A DNA stretch of 64,000 nucleotides from an uncultured Gammaproteobacteria bacterium. GTDB lineage: Bacteria; Pseudomonadota; Gammaproteobacteria; GCA-001735895. The first letter of the stretch is position 1, and each line of letters starts with the position of its first letter. This document shows, one piece after another, positions 59,164-64,000 of the stretch. The stretch spans positions 14,392-78,391 of the forward strand of contig CAWIHJ010000074.1 of assembly GCA_963835795.1 (NCBI GenBank), written 5' to 3'. The position numbers and the translations under genes are program-made. A model generated the notes under the pieces. The model was given only the letters and a program-made list of their open reading frames with translations. It was not told the origin of the DNA and did no database searches.

Positions 59164-61884
59164 TCAGTGGGCCTCGTTCCAGTTAAAGCCGATGCCGGCA
59201 TCCACTTCCAGCGCGACATCGAGACTGGCCGCGGAAGTCATTAAACCGGCGATGGTGTCACGACAGGATTCGACCTCGTCGAGCGCCACTTCAAACACCA
59301 GTTCATCGTGCACCTGCATGATCATTTTGCATTCGGGCTTTGCCTCCCGCAGCCAGCTCTGGACACGGATCATCGCGCGCTTGATGATATCGGCGGCAGT
59401 GCCCTGCATGGGCGCATTGATCGCCGTGCGTTCGGCATACTGGCGCACATTGGCATTGCGCGCATTGATGTCCGGCAAATACAGGCGCCGCCCGAACACG
59501 GTTTCCACGTATCCCTGGTCGCGCGCGCGTTGCTTGGTTTCTTCCATGTAGCGCTTGACGCCGGGGTAGCGTTCAAAATAAGTATCGACGTATTGCTGTG
59601 CCTCGTTGCGGCCAATATTCAGCTGCTTACCGAGACCGAAAGCCGACATGCCGTAGATCAGTCCGAAATTGATCGCCTTGGCGGCGCGGCGTTGATCGCC
59701 GTTGACCTGTTCGAGCTCGATGCCAAAGACCTCGGCCGCAGTCGCGCGGTGCACGTCGAGACCGCGAGCAAAAGCCTTTAGTAAACTTTCGTCCGCGGAC
59801 AGATGCGCCATGATGCGCAATTCGATCTGGGAATAATCGAGCGCCAGGATACGGCAGTCCGAGGGCGCAACAAATGCCTCGCGGATACGCCGACCTTCGC
59901 TGGTGCGAATCGGAATGTTTTGCAGGTTCGGGCTAGTCGACGACAGCCGACCGGTAGACGCTACCGCCTGCTGGTATGAAGTGTGCACCCGGCCGGTATT
60001 GGCATCGATTTCATGCGGCAGCTTGTCGATATAGGTCGACATCAGTTTGTTGAGGCTGCGGTGTTCCAGCAACAAGGCCGGGATTTCATAGTTGGCGCCG
60101 AGTTCTTCAAGCACGTCTTCGGCCGTCGACGGCTGTCCCTTGGGGGTTTTGCGCAAAACCGGCAACTCCAGTTTTTCGAACAATATGGCCTGGATCTGTT
60201 TGGGTGAACTGAGATTGAACACTTCGCCAGCTTCCTGGTAAATTTTTTGTTCGATCTCACCCAGCTTGCGATCGATTTCCTTGCCCTGTTTGCCCAGCAT
60301 GTCTTTGTCGATGAGCACGCCATTGCGCTCCACATCGAGCAGCACATCGACCAGGGGCATTTCGATATCGGTATACACCGAGTTCAACCTTGCGTCTTCG
60401 CGCAATCGACTGCTGAGCACCTGGTGTAACTGCAGCGTGATGTCGGCATCTTCGGCGGCATAGTGGCTGGCCGCTTCGATTTCAATTTGATCAAACGTCT
60501 TCTGCTTCGCGCCTTTACCGGCAATATCTTCAAAATGCACGGTGTCGTAATCGAGATAGTGTTTGGCCAGGTCATCCATGTTGTGCCGGCTGCCTGTCGA
60601 GTTGAGCACATAAGATTGCAGCATGGTGTCGTGCGCGAGGCCGCGCATGCGGATACCTTCGCTGATAAAGATGTGCGCGTCGTACTTGATGTTCTGCCCA
60701 ATTTTGCCGATGGCAGGATCTTCCAGTAGCGGTTTCAGCGCGGCGAGTACCGCAGCCTTGTCCAACTGCCGGGGCGCATCTTCGTAACTGTGCGCCAGCG
60801 GGATGTAACAGGCTTCACCGCTTTGCAGGCACAGCGAAATACCTACCAGCTCGGCGCGCATGTAATCGATGCTGGTGGTCTCGGTATCAATGGCGAACTC
60901 GTCTGCCACGCGCAGGCGTTGCAACCAGTCATCAAAATCGGCCTGCTCGAGAACGCACTGGTAATTTACCTGCGGGCGCGCATCGGCGGCTTTGGCAGAG
61001 GCGGGCGCGGCATCTCCTGCAGCCACGAGTTCATCGTACCAGCGGGTGAAACCGAACTCCTGGTAATAGTCGGCGAGCGCTGCGCGGTCGGGTTCCGCCT
61101 GCTGCAGTTGATCGATAGGAATACCGGTATCACAGTCGAGCTTGATCGTCGCCAGTTCATAGGACATGGGCAGGAAGTGCAGCGACTCGCGCAGATTCTC
61201 ACCCACCTTGCCGCCGATGTCGTCGGCATTCGCGATAACGGCATCAAGGCTTCCGAATTCCCCAATCCACTTCGCCGCTGTCTTTGGCCCCACTTTTGGC
61301 ACACCGGGAATATTATCCGAGGTATCGCCCATGAGCGCGAGATAATCGATGATCTGGTCGGCGCGGACCTGGAACTTTTCGACCACGCCGACTTCATCCA
61401 TGAACTGGTTGCTCATCGTGTTGACCAGGCTGACCTGGGCGTTGACCAACTGGGCCATATCCTTGTCGCCGGTTGAAATCAGTACCTGGTAACCCTGTTC
61501 CATAGCTTCGCGACTCATGGTGCCGATTATATCGTCTGCTTCGACTCCCTCTATGCAGACCAAAGGCAGGCCCTGGGCCTTGATAATTTCGTGCAAGGGC
61601 TCGATCTGGTCGCGCAATTCGTCCGGCATCGGTGGCCGATTGGCCTTGTACTCGGGATAAATATCGTTGCGAAAAGTCTTTCCCTTGGCGTCAAATACTA
61701 CGGCGATTCGGTCAGGCTGTTCATCCTTGACAAGCTTACGAAGCATATTGATTACAATAAATATCGCCTGGGTCGGAAAACCAGTCGAGCTCGTCATGGG
61801 TTGACGGAGGCGCGTATGGTAGGCGCGAAACAGGTAAGAACTACCGTCGACCAAAACCAGTTTTTTTCGTTTCTCTTGATTCAT
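59164..61884 (-). CDS. polA: DNA polymerase I
   Basis: 906 aa: 5'-3' exonuclease N-domain, 3'-5' exonuclease domain and polymerase domain. Motifs RRAAKAINFGLIYG and QVHDELVFE. Confidence 0.95.
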   Translation of the reverse strand: MNQEKRKKLVLVDGSSYLFRAYHTRLRQPMTSSTGFPTQAIFIVINMLRKLVKDEQPDRIAVVFDAKGKTFRNDIYPEYKANRPPMPDELRDQIEPLHEIIKAQGLPLVCIEGVEADDIIGTMSREAMEQGYQVLISTGDKDMAQLVNAQVSLVNTMSNQFMDEVGVVEKFQVRADQIIDYLALMGDTSDNIPGVPKVGPKTAAKWIGEFGSLDAVIANADDIGGKVGENLRESLHFLPMSYELATIKLDCDTGIPIDQLQQAEPDRAALADYYQEFGFTRWYDELVAAGDAAPASAKAADARPQVNYQCVLEQADFDDWLQRLRVADEFAIDTETTSIDYMRAELVGISLCLQSGEACYIPLAHSYEDAPRQLDKAAVLAALKPLLEDPAIGKIGQNIKYDAHIFISEGIRMRGLAHDTMLQSYVLNSTGSRHNMDDLAKHYLDYDTVHFEDIAGKGAKQKTFDQIEIEAASHYAAEDADITLQLHQVLSSRLREDARLNSVYTDIEMPLVDVLLDVERNGVLIDKDMLGKQGKEIDRKLGEIEQKIYQEAGEVFNLSSPKQIQAILFEKLELPVLRKTPKGQPSTAEDVLEELGANYEIPALLLEHRSLNKLMSTYIDKLPHEIDANTGRVHTSYQQAVASTGRLSSTSPNLQNIPIRTSEGRRIREAFVAPSDCRILALDYSQIELRIMAHLSADESLLKAFARGLDVHRATAAEVFGIELEQVNGDQRRAAKAINFGLIYGMSAFGLGKQLNIGRNEAQQYVDTYFERYPGVKRYMEETKQRARDQGYVETVFGRRLYLPDINARNANVRQYAERTAINAPMQGTAADIIKRAMIRVQSWLREAKPECKMIMQVHDELVFEVALDEVESCRDTIAGLMTSAASLDVALEVDAGIGFNWNEAH

Positions 61885-61977
61885 AACAGACGCTAAAATA
61901 CCCCATTCTGGAACCGGATCATATCACAGCCACGGCGATCTCCACGCTGCCTGACGATTATCCAATGGCGGGAATTC

Positions 61978-62919
61978 ATGTCTATCTACACATCGGTCGA
62001 TCGCGCTCAGCTCGAGCAGTTTTTGCTGCGTTACGACATCGGCAAAGCGCTTTCATTCCAGCCCATCGCGACTGGAATTACCAATTCGAATTATCGGCTC
62101 GACACCGATCATGGACTATACGTAATGACCTTGTACGAGCATCACAGCGATGACGAGCTCATCTACATGCTCGGCCTGCAAACCCACCTGGCCGGGCGAG
62201 GTGTCGCCTGTTCGCAGCCCGTAGCAGATCGGCGGGGCGAGTATTTTTCCAGCCTCAACCAGCGACCGACAGCCATCATCGAGCGCCTGCCGGGAGAAGT
62301 CGCCACGGCTCCCAATCTGCAACAATGCCGTCTGATTGGCCACGAACTGGCGCGGTTTCACCTTGCCGGGGTCGATTTCCAGCAATTTCGCCCCAATCCG
62401 CGTGGGCTCGACTGGATTGTTGCGGTACGCGATATGCTGAGCGAGTTTCTCGACAACAGCGACCGCCAAGCCATCGAAGCCAGCCTGCGCGCGACTCGCG
62501 AGTTTGAGCTGGAGGCGCTACCGCGCGGCGCGATTCACGCCGATTTGTTTCATGACAATGCGCTGTTCACCGAGACCGGTCTCGGAGGAATTCTTGATTT
62601 TGATTACGCCTGTAGTGACAGCTTCGTGTTTGATATCGCGGTGCTGCTGAACGACTGGTGTATTGATCAGGACTACCAGCTACTCGACAGCCGGGTCGAT
62701 GCCATAATCGACGGCTATCGGCAGATTCGTGACCTCGAAGCGATTGAAGTCGATGCCTTGCCGTTGATGCTGCGCGTGGCTGCCCTGCGGTTCTGGTTGT
62801 CCCGCCTTTATGACAAAAGCTTTCCGCTGAGCGGTGAACTGACCTTCATCAAGAATCCGGAGACCTACCGCAACATGCACCAGTTGCGCAGCGTAAACAT
62901 GCATTTTCCAGGCGTCTAG
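61978..62919 (+). CDS. thrB: homoserine kinase type II (APH-fold, Pseudomonas-type ThrB)
   Basis: 313 aa; aminoglycoside-phosphotransferase-like motifs (HADLFHDN, DFDYA). The polA-adjacent position is as in P. aeruginosa thrB. Confidence 0.7.
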   Translation: MSIYTSVDRAQLEQFLLRYDIGKALSFQPIATGITNSNYRLDTDHGLYVMTLYEHHSDDELIYMLGLQTHLAGRGVACSQPVADRRGEYFSSLNQRPTAIIERLPGEVATAPNLQQCRLIGHELARFHLAGVDFQQFRPNPRGLDWIVAVRDMLSEFLDNSDRQAIEASLRATREFELEALPRGAIHADLFHDNALFTETGLGGILDFDYACSDSFVFDIAVLLNDWCIDQDYQLLDSRVDAIIDGYRQIRDLEAIEVDALPLMLRVAALRFWLSRLYDKSFPLSGELTFIKNPETYRNMHQLRSVNMHFPGV

Positions 62920-62959
62920 CCTGGATGTTGCCATCCACTGGATCTGCCAGGGCCCGGGT

Positions 62960-64000
62960 TTACTTGCCGATGCAAAAGCTGGAAAAGATCTTGCCCAGCA
63001 AGTCATCGCTGCTGAATTCACCGGTGACCTCGTTCAGGCAAAGCTGGGCCTGGCGCAAGTCTTCCGCCATCAGTTCGGCGGATCCGGATTGCGCAAAACT
63101 GGCAGCTGCCTGGCGCAAAAAAGCGAGCGCGCGTTGCAGCGCATCGACGTGACGCCGCCGCGCCATGAAGGCGTGGTTATCCTGGTTGAAGTCACTCGCC
63201 TGTCCGGTAATACAATCGATCAAGGCATCCATACCATGGCCGCTCTGGGTCGAAATATAAAGATCGTCAGCGTCTGCAGTTAACGCCGAGTCGATCAGGT
63301 CGCTCTTGCTGTACACCAGTTGCAGGCGAGTAGCCGTCGTGTTTTGCGCGCGCCTGGTTGCCAGTTCGTCGAGGATACGCTGATCGGCCTCACCGAGTCC
63401 TTTGCTCGCATCCACCAGGTAGATCACTACGTCAGCCGCAGCGATGGATTCCCAGGCGCGCCTTACGCCCTCGCGTTCGACCGGATTTTGCACCTCGCGC
63501 AGTCCGGCTGTGTCGTTGATCTTGATCGGAATACCGCGCAACGCGATGTGTTCACGCAACACATCGCGGGTGGTGCCTTCGATTTCGGTCACGATAGCGG
63601 CCTCGTAACCGGCGAGATGGTTCAACAGGCTCGATTTACCGGCATTGGGCAAGCCGGCAAGGGCAACGCCCAGCCCTTCCTGCAGGGTTCTTCCTTGCTC
63701 GGCCTGGTGTAAAAGGTCTTGCAGACGTTGCCCAGCCGCGTCGATGCGTTGCCCTATGTCGCTGCCGGCAAGAAAGTCGATTTCTTCCTCGGCGAAGTCG
63801 AGCGCGGCTTCGATATAGGCGCGTAATTCGATGATGCTGTCGACCAACGCGTTGACCTGTTCTGAAAAGCGGCCTTCGAGCGAACGCATCGCGGCCCTGG
63901 ACGCGGCGCGGCTGCCGGATTCGATCAGGTCCGCAATGGCCTCGGCCTGGGCCAGGTCGACCTTGCCGTTTAGAAATGCGCGTTCAGAAAACTCCCCGGC
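62960..64000 (-). CDS. mnmE: tRNA modification GTPase MnmE (TrmE), C-terminal about 345 codons; gene continues past window end
   Basis: GLPNAGKSSLLN G1 motif, DTAGLR, C-terminal CIGK. The reading frame stays open upstream of 63889 (RAFLNGKVDLAQAEAIADLI) to the window edge. Confidence 0.9.
   Translation of the reverse strand, partial: AGEFSERAFLNGKVDLAQAEAIADLIESGSRAASRAAMRSLEGRFSEQVNALVDSIIELRAYIEAALDFAEEEIDFLAGSDIGQRIDAAGQRLQDLLHQAEQGRTLQEGLGVALAGLPNAGKSSLLNHLAGYEAAIVTEIEGTTRDVLREHIALRGIPIKINDTAGLREVQNPVEREGVRRAWESIAAADVVIYLVDASKGLGEADQRILDELATRRAQNTTATRLQLVYSKSDLIDSALTADADDLYISTQSGHGMDALIDCITGQASDFNQDNHAFMARRRHVDALQRALAFLRQAAASFAQSGSAELMAEDLRQAQLCLNEVTGEFSSDDLLGKIFSSFCIGK

Noticed and set aside
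58874-59551. 225-aa plus-strand ORF spanning the polA 3' end and the intergenic region
   Set aside because: It overlaps the polA coding sequence antisense and runs through the sRNA, terminator and repeat region. It has no SD and a low-complexity Ser/Arg-rich product.
1-64000. Search for tRNA, rRNA and CRISPR arrays, or for restriction-modification, toxin-antitoxin or other known defence gene signatures
   Set aside because: No T-loop or acceptor-like motifs were seen. No regularly spaced direct repeats. No methyltransferase or nuclease motif sets. None could be supported by eye.

Overview
This window is high-GC (about 58-60%) gammaproteobacterial chromosome with Pseudomonas-like core synteny at its 3' end (dsbA, cytochrome c4, engB, polA, type-II thrB, mnmE).

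Content from 5' to 3':
- 1-5.7 kb: a cbb3 oxidase maturation neighbourhood with ccoN (partial), a Yip1-like membrane protein, ccoI, ccoS and hemN, and FNR/Anr-type boxes (perfect TTGAT-N4-ATCAA at 5668..5681 upstream of hemN; a 1-mismatch box between yip1/ccoN and ccoI).
- 5.7-13.8 kb: a quaternary-amine/osmolyte catabolism-like block. It holds a divergent Rieske oxygenase and an OYE-type Fe-S flavoprotein, a PuuR-like XRE-cupin regulator, an amidase, choline sulfatase and a class-C beta-lactamase-family hydrolase. Several of these are frameshifted.
- 13.8-21.3 kb: copper amine oxidase, glutaminase, a CX5R phosphatase and small genes.
- 21.4-25.2 kb: a low-GC island with a degenerate IS1182/IS5-type element and an orphan zinc-ribbon membrane protein.
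- 26.4-36.7 kb: an ECF sigmaE/ChrR photooxidative-stress module. Overlapping divergent TGATCC-N16-CGTA promoters drive rpoE-chrR-ybgA-phr on one strand and an 8-gene SnoaL-SDR-UfaD-DUF1365-Cfa-DUF2878-periplasmic-DUF3833 operon on the other. The operon is homologous to the furan-fatty-acid / singlet-oxygen regulon.
- 36.7-39.2 kb: a CHASE2-TPR Ser/Thr kinase.
- 39.4-64 kb: an LplT-Aas fusion, LysR plus mmsA, an intact recCBD operon and an orphan HsbR-like REC-PP2C-HATPase. Downstream of polA there is a candidate Spot42/ErsA-like sRNA with an AlgU-type promoter and an intrinsic terminator.

The most striking feature is density of disruption. At least 13 frameshift lesions, several at short homopolymers, fall in 9 non-essential genes within the first 39 kb. 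The last 25 kb has none. No tRNA, rRNA or CRISPR array was seen. Manually derived coordinates may be off by 1-2 nt.
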